52,475 bases of DNA from Azolla caroliniana (lineage: Eukaryota; Plantae; Polypodiophyta): positions 1-52,475 of the forward strand of contig JBHGNT010000208.1 of the NCBI GenBank assembly GCA_043228905.1, written 5' to 3'. Made by a program: the position numbers and the translations under genes. Position 1 is the first letter of the stretch, and each line of letters starts with the position of its first letter. Of the stretch, positions 36,762 through 49,811 are shown one piece after another. The notes below the pieces were generated by a model. That model did no database searches. It had not been told where the DNA came from and saw nothing but the letters and a program-made list of their open reading frames with translations.

Positions 36762-37298
36762 GAGATGAGCCTGAACGTTTACAAAAAAGGACAGGCCCTA
36801 AAAACTAACTAAAGAAAAATAGTAATGTCCACAATAAGAGAGAGAGAGAGAGAGAGAGATCGATGACAATGTTGGTTGTGGGATTCAAAGCCACACTCAC
36901 CTGCGTGAAGGCCATCTTAAGTCACCATTAACCACTAAGGAAAACTAGCTATTTGAGAAAGGAATAGAGAGGAACAGAGAGAGATATGCGACTAACCTTT
37001 ATAAAAAAGGTCGGTATCTAGAAACTAAATAAAGGAAAAATGGTAATGACCACAAGAAAAGAGTAAGAGAAAAATAAATAGATAGATGGATGATGGTGTT
37101 GGTTGTGGGGTTCGAACCCACACCCACTAGAATGCAAGTGATCTTAAGTCACGCCCCTTAACCACTCGAGCAAACTAACCATTGAAAAATAAAATTAAGA
37201 ATGAGAGAGAGAGAGACATGATCCTGAACGTTTATAAAAAAGGTCAGCCCCTAAAAACTACCTAAAGCAAAATAGTAATGTCCACGATAAGAAAGAGA

Positions 37299-37348
<50 letters not shown>

Positions 37349-39513
37349 GATGGATGACGATGTTGGTTGCGGGGTTCGAAGCCAGGCACACCTGAGTGTA
37401 GGCCATCTTAAATCACCCTTAACCACTAAGGAAAACTAGTTATTCGAGAGAGAGAGATAAGCCGAACCTTGATAAAAAAGGCCGGTATCTAGAAACTAAA
37501 TAAAAGAAAAATGGTAATGACAATGAGAGAAGAGAGAGAGAAAGATAACTAGATAAATGGATGATGATGTTGGTTGTGGGGTTTGAACCCATGCGCACTT
37601 CAAAGGAAGAGATGTTAAGTCGCTCCCCTTAACTACTCGTGCAAACCAAGCATTCCAAAAAAAGAAGAGGGAGAGGGTGAGGGACAAATAAGCGCGAACT
37701 TTCAAATAAAAGGTCAGCCCCTAAAAACTAACTAAAGCAAAATAGTAATTTCTACGATAAGAGAGCGTGAGAGAGAGAAAGACAAAGAGAGAAAAAAGTA
37801 TATGGATGACGATGTTGATTGTGGGGCTGGATGCCACACTTCAGTGCGGGCGATCTTAAGTCGCATTTAACTACATAAAAAAACAGAGAAGGATAGAGAG
37901 ATCACCTCGAACCTTTACAAAAAAGGTTGGTATCTAGAAACTAAATAAAGGAAAAATGGTAATGACCATGAGAAATATATGGATGACGATGTTGGTTGTG
38001 GTGTTCGACACCACACACACTTGAGTGCAGGCCATCTTATGTCGCCCTAAACCACTAAGGCAAACTAGCTATTCAGAATCTAGAAATTATATAGACGGAA
38101 AATGGTAATGACCACAAGAGACAGAGAGAGAAAGATAACTAGATAGATGGATGATGATGTGGGTAGTGGGGTTCGGACCCATGCACACTTGAATGGAACA
38201 TATCTTAAGTCGCTCCCCTTAACTACTCGTGCAAACCAACCATTCCAGAAAAAAAACAAAGAGGGATAGGGATAGGGAAATAGAGAGAGATGAGCCCGAA
38301 CTTTCAAAAAAAAGGCTTGCTCCTAAAAACTTAGTAAAGGAAAATGGGAATCTGCAGTATAAGAGAGAGAGAGAGAGAGAGAGAAATAGATGGATGACGA
38401 TGTTGGTTGTTGGGTTGGAAGCCACACACACTTGAGTGCAGGCGATCTTAAGTCGTGCTGAACTACTAAGACAAACTAGCTATTTGAGAAAGAAACAAAG
38501 AAGGAGAGAGATGAGGCTGAAAAATAAAGGATAAACTAAATAAAGGAAAATGGTAATGAACATGAGAAAAGAGAGAGAGAAAGATAACTACATAGTAGAT
38601 GGATGGATGATGATGTTGGTTGTGGGGTTCCAATCCACGTGCACTAGAATGCAACAAATCTTAAGTTTCTCCCTTAATCACTTGGGCAAAGAACCTATTG
38701 GAGAAAAAACAAAGAGGGAGAGACAGAAAGAGAGAGAGAAAGGCAGATAGAGATGAGCCTGAACGTTTACAAAAAAGGTCCGCCCCTCAAAAGTAACTAA
38801 AGCAAAATAGTAATGTCCACGATAAGAGAGACTTGACAGAAAGACAGAGAGAGAAGGAGAGAGAGAGAAATAGATCTTTGACGATGTTGGTTGTGGGGTT
38901 CAAAGCCACACACGTTTGCGTGCAGGCGATCTTAAGTCATCCGTAACCACTAAGGCAAACTAGCTATTCGAGAAAGTAATAGAACGCACTTGAATGCAAG
39001 TGATCTTAAGTCCCTCCCCTTAACCACTCAGACAAACCAACCATTAAAGAAAAAACCAAAGAGTATGACAGAGAGAGAGATGAGGATGAACGTTTATGAA
39101 AAAGGTCAACCCCTAAAAACTAACTAAAGCAAAATAGTAATGTTCACGATAACAGAGAAAGAGAGAGAGAGGGAGAAATAGATGGATGACGATGTTGGTT
39201 GTGTTGTTCAAAACCACATACACTTGAGTGCAAGCCATCTTACGTCGCCCTTAACCACTAATGCAAACTAGGTATTCGAGAGAGAGATAATCCGAACCTT
39301 GATAAACCCGAACGTTTACTAAAAAGGTCGGTATCTAGAAACCAAATCAAAGAAAAATGGTAATGACAATGAGAAAAGAGAGAGAGAAAGATAACTAGAT
39401 AGATGTATGATGATGTTGGTTGTGGGGTTCGAACCCGTGCGCACTTGAATGAAAGAGATCTTAATTCGCTCCCCTTAAGTACTTGTGCAAACCAACCATT
39501 CTAAAAAAAAAAC

Positions 39514-41322
39514 AAACTCTTTGCATGTAGACTTGGGATGCTACCGCCCCATACTTCCACCCCATAGAGAAGAACTGGGGTCACCAAAGTGTCAAAAAGA
39601 TATTTCTTGAGGACCCAACACTTAATATCTCCAAGATTGAATGTGTTCTCAAATGCATAATATGCTCGCTTACCCGCCTCTAAGTGGCGTGTAGCACATT
39701 CATTCCATTTATGATTTGAAGGAACTTCAAGGCCAAGATATTTGAAGCTTTCCACACATTCAAGTTGCTCATTGTTGTACATAATGCATGGTTTATCTCT
39801 TTTTTGACTCTTCACAAGCATAATGCATGCTTAACACCAATAGTGCTATTGAAAAAATCTGAAAGTTTATCTCTCATACGCACACAACATATAACCTTCT
39901 CATATATTCGGGGATTGGTTGTGGCGGGGAGAGAGAGAGAGACAGAGTAATAGATAGATGATGATGTTGGTTGTAGGGTTGGAAGCTACATGCACTTGAA
40001 TGCAAGGGATCTTAAGTCACTCCCCTTAACCACGCAGACAAACCACCATTGAAACAAAAACAGAGAGCGGGCCGGAGAGAGAGAACAGAGAGCATTTCCA
40101 AGATGTGCGGTTGGTCGAAAAACATTTGTTTGGACAAGAGAGAATGACTTTCTTGAAAGCTTCCCATTTGCATTCTAGTGTGGAACCATGTTGTATCTTT
40201 ATCATTTGTAACATATCCTCAACCATCTTGGAATACATGGGTGCTCGCTTAAGGTTCATGCTTAATTGCGGTTGTTTATTATCTTCAATAGCCTTCTCAC
40301 AATCAAACCTATGCATACATTTGAGATCAATACATAAAGGCCTATGATCGGATTCCGGTGTCCATTCACCAAGTGAGAATTTATGTATATGATCCAAAAT
40401 ACCTTCGGAAAGTAGCACATAGTCAATCACACTATTTCAGTTGTGTTTTCTAAATGTAAAACCATTAGTGTTGGGCCATAAGGAAATACCATTTGCAATA
40501 AGAGATCCGGTACTATTGCATATTTATAGGAGTAACTTCCCAAATTGGTCCGGATCTTTTTAATCGCTAGAAGAGCGGCTATACATTTGCATATCCTCTT
40601 GCATCCTTGAGATATGTGGCATGAAAGGGTCTTGTGAATCAAGTTGGAAACTTCTTGTACGAGCATTCATGTCACCAAAGACAATAACTTCCCCTTTGGA
40701 TTTGAAATAAGCAATATATCATCTTCGAAATTGGAAAAAGGTTGATCTTTATCCAAACAAGCATAAAAGTTAGCATCTTGATGTGGAATGTAACATCCAA
40801 CTACAAAAGTGGGCAAATCATTAGGTGTTTCTATTTTGAGCCATATGTAGCATTTATGTTTATCGTTTTTTATGATTGACACATATTTCTCTATTACCTT
40901 CTTAATCAAACATGTCACCCCTCCTTGTCCTCTTCTTTGTCTTGGATTTTTCTTTCATATCAAAGATTGTACATTATAGTTTCCTAAACCTTGAACCCTT
41001 TGAGTATCATGCTCCCATGTTTCAACAAGAAGTGTGATATCCGAGTCATCGGTGAACTCCTCTATGCCAAATCCCTCATTCCATGAGTATCCATTGCAAT
41101 TCCAAAAGCATAGTTGTAAAAGGAGTGGGTTAGTCTCATAGGTCACATGTCCCTATTTCCCAACATTTTCAACTTTAGGCACATCCTTAACCTTATTTTT
41201 CAATCTTTCTTCATATGCTTTATGACAAGCATTTTGGTGTGAGATAGTACGATCTTCACTCACAAAGCATTGCGTACCTTTGAGGTATACCCAACTAATT
41301 TCTAGTACGATCCACCGCTTTG
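39514..41322 (-). mobile_element. Internally deleted copy of the APE-RT LINE, in two blocks (~39514-39912 and ~40090-41322) separated by a tRNA unit
   Basis: Highly similar to parts of 45700-48440; contains the ORF1 end, endonuclease and RT C-terminal pieces. Confidence 0.9.
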
Positions 41323-41590
41323 TATAGAGAGAGAGAGAGAGAGAGAAATATATCGATGACAATGTTGGTTGTGGGGTCTGACACCACACTCACTTGTGTG
41401 CATGCCATCTTACGTCGCCCTTAACCACTAAGGCAAACTAGCTAATAAAAAAATGGAATAGAGAGGGCCAGAGACAGATATGAGACGAACCTTTATAAAA
41501 AAGGCCGGTATCTAGAAGCTAAATAAAGGAAAAATGGTAATGACCATGAGAAAAGACTGAGAGAAAGATAAATAGATAGATGGATGATGA

Positions 41591-41673
41591 TGTTGGTTGT
41601 GGGGTTTGAACCCACGCGCACTTGAATGCAAGCAATCTTAAGTCGCTCCCCTTAACCACTCGAGCAAACCAAC
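41591..41673 (-). tRNA. tRNA-Leu(TAA), one of the best-preserved copies (may be a pseudogene)
   Basis: Acceptor stem GTTGGTT/AACCAAC, A-box, anticodon arm AGCGA-CTTAAGA-TTGCT, long variable arm, GGTTCAAAC T-loop. Confidence 0.65.
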
Positions 41674-42150
41674 CATTGCAAAAAATACAAAGAGCGAGAG
41701 AGAGATAGAACGTTTATAAAGAAGCTCAGCCCATAAAAATTAACTACAACAAAATAGTATTGTCCACGAAGAGAGAGAGAGAGAGAGAGAGAAATAGATG
41801 GATGACGATGTTAGTTGTGGGGTTGGATGCGACACAAACTTTAGTGCAGGCGATCTTAAGTAGCACTTAACAACTAAGGCAAGCTAGCTATTTGAGATAG
41901 AAACAGAAAAGGAGATAGAGATGAGCCTGAACCTTTATGAAAAAGGTTGGTATTTGGAAACTAAATAAAATAAAAATGGCAATGAACTTGAGAAAAGAGA
42001 GAGAGAAAGATAACTACATAGATGGATGATGATGTTGGTTGTGGGGTTCGAAAAAAAAACAAAGAGGGAGAGGGAGAGAGATGAGCCCGAACTTTCAAAA
42101 ACAAGGTCCACTCCTAAAACCTAGGTAAAGGAAAATGGAAATGTGCATTA

Positions 42151-42185
<35 letters not shown>

Positions 42186-42622
42186 AAGAAAGATATATTA
42201 ACATCTTCTAAGGCCAAATTTGGCCCATGGGGTTATGGATGATGATGTTGGTTATGGGGTTGGAGGCCACACACACTCGAGTGCGGACGATCTTAAATCG
42301 AGCTTAACCACTAAGGCAAGCTAGCTATTTAAGAAAGAAATAGAAAACGAGAGAGAGATGAGCCCGAACCTTTACAAAAAAGGTTGGTATCTAGAAACTA
42401 AATAAAGGAAAAACGGTAATGACCATGAGAAAAGAGAGAGAGAAAGATAACTACATAGATGGATGATGATATTGGTTGGCAAGCTATCTTAAGTCGCTCC
42501 CCTTAACCACTCAGGCAAACCAACCATTAAAGAAAAAACCCAAGAGCTTGAGAGCGAGAGAGAGAGAGATGAGGTTGAACGTTTATGAAAAAGGTTAGCC
42601 CCTGAAAATAGTAATGTCCACG

Positions 42623-42665
<43 letters not shown>

Positions 42666-42748
42666 GGATCGATGACGATGTTGGTTGTGGGGTTCAAAGC
42701 CACACACACTTGACTGCAGGCCATCTTAAGTCGGCCTTAACCACTTAA

Positions 42749-43133
42749 TAGCAATGGGCCCAGTTTGCTTTTGGTTTGGTTGGCTTTGTTTTCCTTGAAA
42801 CCAAACTAAACTGAACCAAACCATTTATATAAAACAAAAACCAAACCAAACCGTTTATGAACTTTCAAGCCATTATACCAAACCATTTAAGAAAAGACAA
42901 AGCAAACACTTTAAACCAAAACCGTTTAGGGAAAAGTTGAAACCACGAGAAAAGAGAATAAAGGAAAAATGGTAATGACCACAAGAAAAGAGAGAGAGAG
43001 AAAGATAACTCTTAGAACCGTTGATTAATAATTAAAACCAAACCAAACAATTTACTTATTTTGGAACTTATAAACTTTCAAACCATGGCTAAACGGTTCG
43101 GTTTGGTTTGAGCCGAAACTGGGCCCATTGCTA
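42749..43133. mobile_element. hAT-like MITE (second, truncated copy at 43583-~43790)
   Basis: TIR TAGCAATGGGCCCAGTTT / AAACTGGGCCCATTGCTA, ~8-bp TSD ACCACTAA (left copy has one extra T), and AAACC subterminal repeats. Confidence 0.8.
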
Positions 43134-43277
43134 ACCACTAAGGCAAACTAGCTATTCAACAGAGAGATAAGCCAAACCTTAATAAAAAAGGTCGGTATAT
43201 AGAAATTAAATAAAGGAAAAATGGTAATGACCATGAGAAAAGAGAGAGAGAAAGATAACCAAATAGATGGATGATAA

Positions 43278-43360
43278 TGTTGGTCGTGGGGTTCGAACCC
43301 ACGCGCACTTGAATGCAAGCAATCTTAAGTCGCTCCCCTTAACCACTCGGGCAAATCAAC
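43278..43360 (-). tRNA. tRNA-Leu(TAA), well-preserved copy (one acceptor-stem mismatch)
   Basis: GTTGATTTGCCCGAGTGGTTAAGGGGAGCGACTTAAGATTGCTTGCATTCAAGTGCGCGTGGGTTCGAACCCCACGACCAACA folds as a cloverleaf. Confidence 0.65.
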
Positions 43361-44075
43361 CACTAAAGAAAAAACCAAAGAGCGTAAGAGAGAGAGAGAG
43401 AGAGAGATGAGGCTGAAATTTTACGAAAAAGGTAAGACCCTAAAAACTAACTAAAGCAAAATAGTAATGTCCACGATAGGAGAGAGAGAGAGAGAGAAAT
43501 AGACTGATGCCTATGTTGGTTGTGGGGTTCGAAGCTACACACACTTGAGTGCAGGCCATCTTAAGTCGCCCTTAACCACTAATAACAATGGGCCCGGTTC
43601 AGTTTCGGTTCAGTTCTATTTCTTTGCCTTGAAACCAAACTGAATTGAACCGAACCATTTATATAAAGCAAAAACCAAACCAAACTGTTTATGGACTTTC
43701 AAGCCATTAAAGCAAACCATTTAAGAAAAGGTAAACCAAACTATTTAAACGAAAACCATTTAGGGAAAAGTTGAAACCTAACCGAACCACGAGAAAAGAG
43801 AATAAAGGAAAAATGGTAATGACCACAAGAAAAGAGAGAGAGAGAAAGATAACTCTTAGATAGCTAGATGATGATGTTTGGTGTGGGGTTCGAACCCATG
43901 CGCACTTGAATGGTAGAGATCTTAAGTCGCTCCCCTTAACTACTCCTGCAAACCAACAATTCCAAAAAAATAACAAAGTGCGAGAGGGAGAGGGAGAGAG
44001 AGAGATGAGCCTGAACTTTTAAAAAAATTGTCCACTCTTAAAAACTAGGTGAAGGAAAATGGGAATGTGCAGGAT

Positions 44076-44132
<57 letters not shown>

Positions 44133-44823
44133 AAGACAAAGACAAAGACAAAGAAATAGATGGATGACGATGTTGGTTGTGATGTTGGAAGTCACACACT
44201 TGAGTGCGGACGATCTTAAGTTGGGCTTAACCAATAAGGCATGCTAGCTATTCGAGAAAGAAACAGACAAGGAAGAAGAGACGAGCCCGAACCTTTACAA
44301 AAAAGGTCGGTATCTAGAAACTAAATAAAGGAAAAATGGTAATGACCATAAGAAAGGAGAGAGTGAAAGATAACTGCAAAGATAGATGATAATGTTGGTT
44401 GTGGGGTTAGAACCGACACGCACTTGAATACAAGCTATCTTAAGTTGCTCCACTTAACCACTCACGCAAAGAAACTATTGGAGAAAGAAAAAGGGAGAGA
44501 GAGAGATGAGGCTAAATGTTTACAAACAAGGTCAGCCCCGAAAAACTAACTAAAGCAAAATAGTAATGTCCATGATAAGAGAGATAACTACATAGATGGA
44601 TGATGACATTGATTGTGCGGTTCGAACCCACACGCACAGTTGAATGCAAGCGATCTTAAGCCACTCCCTTTAACCACTCTGGCAAACTAACAATTGGAGA
44701 GAAAAATAGAGATGGAGAGAGAGAGAAAGAGATGAGCCCGAACGCAGCCCCTAAAAACTAACTAAAGGAAAATGGTAATGACCATGATAAGAGAGAGAGA
44801 GAGAGGGAGAGGAAGAGGAAGAG

Positions 44824-44852
<29 letters not shown>

Positions 44853-44855
<3 letters not shown>

Positions 44856-47800
44856 TATATTATCGTCTTCGGAGGTCAAATATGACCTATGAGACCAAAA
44901 ATATTACATTTCACGTGATACGTGTGAAAGTGAGTAGTGACTCTCGATGTTCAAGAACTTTACCAATGAATGTTACAATCGAGAGTGCACATTGTGGTTG
45001 TGAGAGGAATTCATGCAAAGATTGGGCTCGATCGAAGAGATGTGGAAAGCATGGTCGAATATGATCAAAGGTAGAGCATTGTATCAAAGTGTGATACTCA
45101 GACTCGCGAACTTGTTTAGGGCAAAGTGTGCATAGCCGACCACTCTCATCACTTGTACCCCAACGCCCTGTTTCATATCGCAATGCATGTGAGCTAAGTC
45201 GCATGGAAGCAATGGTTCTAATGGTAGATAACGGTATGGGCTCTAACATGTATGGATGTGTACGATTTCCCCCTTCCGCAAAGAATATGGTTTTGTAGTT
45301 AGGTGCAACATGTGTAGTATAATGTGTGAAGCATGAGCCTCCACATTTGTCCCATGTCATGATACATTGGCGTTGCAAAAATGCCTCATTTACAGAGGAA
45401 TCTAATGATGCATCATGAAGCAAGTGTCTCGCATCCCATCTACCAAACCATTTTTCTATATCTTGCATCCAATCGGAACACAAAATTTTGCTTTTATGTG
45501 TCTTTTGGATCTTTTTGCTTGCTTCCCACGCAATTCTAGGAAGTCGATGTGAGGGACTTTTTTGAACCTTAAGCATGTATTCAACAACCCTTTCCATGGC
45601 CATGATCTCAATGGGAAGCGATCCCGTCTCAAGGAGGAGGAGGGTGTAGGGCGTTTGTTTCTTAACTTGTAGAAACTTGGTAAGAAAATGCTTTTGGACA
45701 TTTTCAAACTCTTTCCACATAGATTAAGGGATGCTACCGCCCCATACTTCCACCCCATAGAGAAGAACCGGTGTCACCAAAGTGTCGAAAAGATATTTCA
45801 TGAGTACCCAACACTTAATATCTACAAGATTGCATGTGTTCTCAAATGCATAGTATGCTCATTTGCCCGCCTCTAAGCGGCGTGTAGCACATTCATTCCA
45901 TCTATGATTTGAAGGAACTTCAAGGCCAAGATATTTGAAGCTTTCCACACATTCAAGTGGCTCATTGTTGTACATAATGCATGGTTTATCTCTTTTTTGG
46001 CTCTTCACAAGCATAATCTTTGTTTTAGAGCTATTGACACTTAATTTAGCATGCATGCAAAACTTTTCCAATGCCTTCATAAGCTTTTGTGCATCTCCTA
46101 AAGTATTTGCAAAAAGCACTACATCATCTGCATATAGAAAAAGCATAATCACAACATTCCCAATGGCAACTTCTTTAACACATTCTTCCTTTGCAAACTT
46201 GGTAACCATTTCTTCCAATTCATCAATGCATAGACCAAATAGTGTTGGTGAGAGTGGGCATCCTTGCTTAACACCAATAGTGCTTTTGAAAAAATCTGAA
46301 AGTTTATCTCTCATGCGCACACAACATATAACCTTCTCATAAATTCGGGAAATTGCAAGCATATATTCACTTGGCCCCTCAAGTTCTTCCATTCGCCTCC
46401 AAAGATGCTCATGAGGTACCATATCAAAAGCTTTCTTGAAGTCTACAAAGCAACAATATAAACCTTTACCTCTAAGGCGACTTTCCTCCATTAATACTCG
46501 AAGGGTGATAAGGTGATCAATGGTGCTATGGTGTTTCCGAAAGCCAGCTTGTCCATAAGCTCTCTTACCACTTTTTTCAGCCCATACACTTATCTTTGAT
46601 TCCATTATACATCCAAATAGTTTTGCCATTAATGAGCCAACCATGATGGTTCGATAGTTGTTTACATTATTTATATCTCCACCTTTATGTAAATGTTTGA
46701 TCCAATTTGCAATGCATCATTAAACATATCGCTTATCCATATATGTGCTTCCTTTCTCGTCCATTTGAGCATTTCAACCTTTATACATTGAAGATCGCTT
46801 GCCTTTCGAGAGGCCAATTTCTTAAGTCCTATGCATATATCTTCAATTGTAAAGAAGGGAGGCATATGTGAAAGAGAACCATAACACATCATCTTTCCGG
46901 CAAGAGATAACTCATCTAAATTCTTACAATGCATAGACAAGTCGTGAAGAGTTAAGTCACCATAACTCTCAACACGTTTTCCCTTTAGATTTCCCCAAAA
47001 TTTAGCACATGCATGTGCTTTCTCTTGCGTTTGGATAAATTGTTGAGTAACTTCCCATATTCTTCTCTTTCTTTGAATAAGCCTTTTATACTCATGCAAA
47101 TGCTTTTGGTAATTCTCTTTATCCTTAACTACATCCAAAACCATAAGGCACTTTCGAGCTTCACGACATTCTTTATCAAACCATTTTTTCCTAAGTTTCT
47201 TGGTGCATTTCCAAGATATGCGGTTGGTTGAAAAAAATTTGTTTGTACATGAGAGAATGACTTTCTTGAAAGCTTCCCATTTGCATTCTAGTGTGGCACC
47301 ATGTTGTATCTTTATCATTTGTAACATATCCTCAACCATCTTGGAATACATGGGTGCTCGCTTAAGGTTCATGCTCAAGTGCGGTTGTTTATTATCTTCA
47401 ATAGCCTTCTCACAATCAAACCTATGCATACATTTGAGATCAATACATAAAGTCCTATGATCGGATTCCGGTGTCCATTCACCAAGTGAGAATGTATGTA
47501 TACGATCCAAAATACCTTCGGAAAGTAGCACATAATCAATCACACTATTTCCGTTGTGTTTTCTACATGTAAAACCATTAGTGTTGGTCCATAAGGAAAT
47601 ACCATTTGCAATAAGCAATCTGGTACTATTGCACATTTGTAGGAGTAACTTCCCAAATTGGTCCGGATCGTTTTCATCGCTAGAAGAGCGGTTATACATT
47701 TGCATATCCTCTTGCATCCTTGAGATATGTGGCATGAAAGAGTCTTGTGAATCAAGTTGGAAACTTCTTGTACGAGCATTCATGTCACCAAAGACAATAA

Positions 47801-48564
47801 CTTCCCCTTTGGATTTGAAATAAGCAATATATCATCTTCTAGATTGGCAAACGGTTGATCTTTATCCAAACAAGCATAAAAGTTAGAATCTTGATGAGGA
47901 ATGTAACATCCAACTACAAAAGTGGGCAAATCATTAGGTGTTTCTATTTTGAGCCATGTGTAGCATTTATTTTCATCATTTTTTATGATTGACACATATT
48001 TTTCTATTTCCTTCTTAATCAAACATGTCACCCCTCCTTGTCCTCTTCTTTGTCTTGGATTTTTCTTTCATATCAAAGAGTGTACATTATAGTTTCCTAA
48101 ACCTTGAATCCTTTGAGTATCATGCTCCCATGTTTCAACAAGAAGTGTGATATCCGAATCATCGGTGAACTCATTTATGCCAAATCCCGCATTCCATGGG
48201 TATTCATTGCAATTCCAAAAGCATAGTCGTAAAAGACGCGGGTTAGTCTCATAGATCACGTGTCCCTATTTGCCTACATTTCCATCTTTAGGCACATCCT
48301 TAACCTTGTTTTTCAATCTTTCTTCATATGCTTTACGACGTGCATTTTGGTGTGAGATAGTACGATCTTCACTCACAAAGCATTGTGTACCTTTGAGGTA
48401 TACCCAACTATTTTCGAGTATGATTCGCCGCTTTGTATCATTTGTCATTGTGCATAAATAGGCCTTTCTCCGAAGCGAGTAACACTATGTTTCCCAACTT
48501 GGTGTGCCCCATATACATTCACATCTGACATCCCATAATGCATGCTAAAAAATTCACCAATGGC
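44853..48564 (-). mobile_element. Non-LTR retrotransposon (APE endonuclease + RT; L2/CR1/RTE-X-like), frameshifted, ORF1 cut by the Penelope-like complex
   Basis: ORF1 end (AHQVGK...RPI, FVSEDRT), EN (FWNCN, LVETW, GDMNART, VIDYVL, SDHR), RT (QAGFR, FVDFKKAFD, GVKQGCPLSPTLF, LYADD), C-terminal RLCTLC...ESEYH..IQC, a 3' stem-loop and an (ATCT)n-adjacent tail. Confidence 0.92.
44911..48259 (-). pseudogene. LINE ORF2 (EN-RT) broken into several frames
   Basis: ORF-track pieces 48068-48259, 47780-48031, 46671-47783, 45859-46644 and 44911-45720 are colinear. Confidence 0.9.
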
Positions 48565-48769
48565 GAGTTCTAGACCGTGAGGTCAATACAAGGAGTGCGA
48601 ACGGTATACAATCGGTGGGTGAATGTGAGATTAAGAGTGAGAATTATAGAGAGAGAGAGAGAGAGAGAGAGAGATACACAAAGAATTGTGAGTTCTAGAC
48701 CGTGAGGTCAATACAAGGAGTGCGAACGGTATACAATTGGTGGGTGAATGTGAGATTAAGAGTGAGAAT

Positions 48770-48809
<40 letters not shown>

Positions 48810-48880
48810 TACAAAGTTTAGAGAGAGAGAAATAGACTAAAGACTAATTCATATTAAGAAACTTAAAAAGTAATACAAAG

Positions 48881-48942
48881 AAATGGTCGATGTGGCAAAC
48901 TAGTTTCGCTCCTACGGAGCTCATCAGTGCACAAGACCATTT
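48881..48942 (-). ncRNA. Minimal type I hammerhead ribozyme (variant A)
   Basis: Reverse complement of 51626-51687. Confidence 0.88.
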
Positions 48943-48997
48943 AGAATTGGAGGGGTTTATATAGGGAAGATAAGGATGTGTGTGTGTGTGTGTGTGC

Positions 48998-49035
<38 letters not shown>

Positions 49036-49811
49036 GTGTGTGTGTGTGTGTGTGTGTGTTCAAATTTGATGATGTAGGAGATATGGGGTTTGATATATTT
49101 GGTGTGGGATAGAAGATTTTTTGGGGTTATTTGAAAAACATGTAGGGGAATGTGAGAGAGAAAGAGAGAGGAAGGGTAAGAGAGAAGTGTGTGAGGTGGG
49201 AGTTAGGGATGGTGAAGTACGTTAGAATGTATGGAGATCTTTGAAAAAAGGAGGGGGGTAGGAAGAATTGGAGGGTATATTGGAAATTAAAGTGGAGGAG
49301 GAAAGGGTAGAGTGAGATTAAGAAAAATGAAAGGGGGAGGGGTACGAGAAATTTACTAAAAGAGGGAGGGGTATGAATGTAATTCTGGAAAAAAGGAAGG
49401 GGGAAAGGGGTAGATTGAAATTAGTGAACGAGACAGGGGTAGAGTAAATTGACAAAGTGGGAATGAAGTGAAAAGATCACCAAGAACGATTCAAGCGCAC
49501 CCAAATCGTTTCATATACTTGGCGTGAGTTAGGGAAAGGTAGGGGTAAAGTTAGAGTGGCAATGAAAAAGTAAAGGGAGGGGTAGAAGATCAAATTAGGA
49601 AAAATAAGGGGGAGGTGATGGTTAGAAAAAATAAAATAAAATAAAATTTTGGAAACAATAAAAGGTGAGGGGAGGGGTAGGATTAGAAAATAGGAAAAAG
49701 GAGAATGAGGGGAAGAGGCTAAAAATTAAGAGGTGAGGGGTAGAATTGGAAAATAGGAGAAACTGAATTAGGGGAGGATGCTAAAAGTTAAAATGTGAGG
49801 GGTAGAGTTAA

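Larger units (their letters stand above)
36592..44850 (-). repeat. Tandem array of about 28 tRNA-Leu(TAA)-derived units (~200-270 bp, two alternating subtypes)
   Basis: Minus-strand consensus GTTGGTTTGCCCGAGTGGTTAAGGGGAGCGACTTAAGATCGCTTGCATTCAAGTGCGCGTGGGTTCGAACCCCACAACCAACA, separated by conserved spacers with (GA)n and T-runs. The count was made by eye. Confidence 0.92.

Noticed and set aside
36592-44850. CRISPR-like or SINE-cluster reading of the array, and short ORFs within it
   Set aside because: The repeats are tRNA-derived with homologous spacers and lack individual TSDs; the ORFs are chance readings.
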